The notes under the pieces are model-generated. The model was not told where the DNA came from, did no database searches, and saw nothing but the letters and a program-made list of their open reading frames with translations. A program made the translations under genes and the position numbers. A stretch of DNA of 27,796 nucleotides from Candidatus Fervidifonticultor secundus. Lineage in GTDB: Bacteria > Sysuimicrobiota > Sysuimicrobiia > Sysuimicrobiales > Humicultoraceae. Shown piece by piece: positions 27,507-27,796 of this stretch (positions are counted from its first letter, which is position 1; each line of letters starts with the position of its first letter). The stretch covers positions 1-27,796 of the forward strand of contig JAVKIP010000028.1 of assembly GCA_031459385.1 (NCBI GenBank). The letters are read 5' to 3'.

Positions 27507-27796
27507 CTACTTCTTCAACTCGGGCGGTAGGTGTCCCTCGTCCAGTTTGACCCCCTGCTCGCGGAAGAAGCGCACGGCCCCGGGGTGCATCGGCATCTTG
27601 ATGTAGAAGATGTTGACCGGCAGCATCTCATGGGACGTGGGATGCACGGCGGCCAGGAAGTCGCGGTTGGCGAACATCGTCCTGGTCAGCTCGTAGACGA
27701 AATCCTCGGGCATGTCCTTGTGGACGATGGCCGCGTTCCACATCTGGACCGTCGGGATGGGCGCGTCCTGCCCGCGGTAGACCCCACCCCGGATCG
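27507..27796 (-). CDS. TAXI family TRAP solute-binding subunit, C-terminal part (runs off the right edge)
   Basis: IPGGVYRGQDAPIPTV..VHKDMPEDFVYELTRTMF..VHP..MPMHPGAVRFFREQG. Directly upstream of the fused permease. Confidence 0.88.
   Translation of the reverse strand, partial: IRGGVYRGQDAPIPTVQMWNAAIVHKDMPEDFVYELTRTMFANRDFLAAVHPTSHEMLPVNIFYIKMPMHPGAVRFFREQGVKLDEGHLPPELKK

Overview
GC-rich bacterial chromosomal segment dominated by transport and amide/peptide catabolism. From left to right: a partial amidohydrolase; an aapJQMP-type amino-acid ABC operon; a 60-aa Sm/Hfq-like ORF; a secreted His-rich beta-propeller; a sigma70 promoter, yybP-ykoY (Mn2+) riboswitch and terminator ahead of terC/alx, which is coupled to an amidase; a truncated membrane hydrolase gene; an orphan ParB/Srx-domain gene; a small membrane protein; tRNA-Asn(GTT); an AI-2E transporter with a probable CTG start; a DinB protein; and a 266-aa unknown. 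The right half is an approximately 14 kb catabolic cluster. It has a Dpp/Opp-type ABC without an ATPase, an atypical M28 peptidase and an MDR oxidoreductase, transcribed divergently from a COG0523/CobW metallochaperone, an M20 hydrolase and a divergent YtcJ-like amidohydrolase. These converge on a hydantoin-type racemase and a TAXI-TRAP transporter. No CRISPR array, transposase, integrase or phage gene was seen. All calls come from reading motifs by eye; no database search was run.
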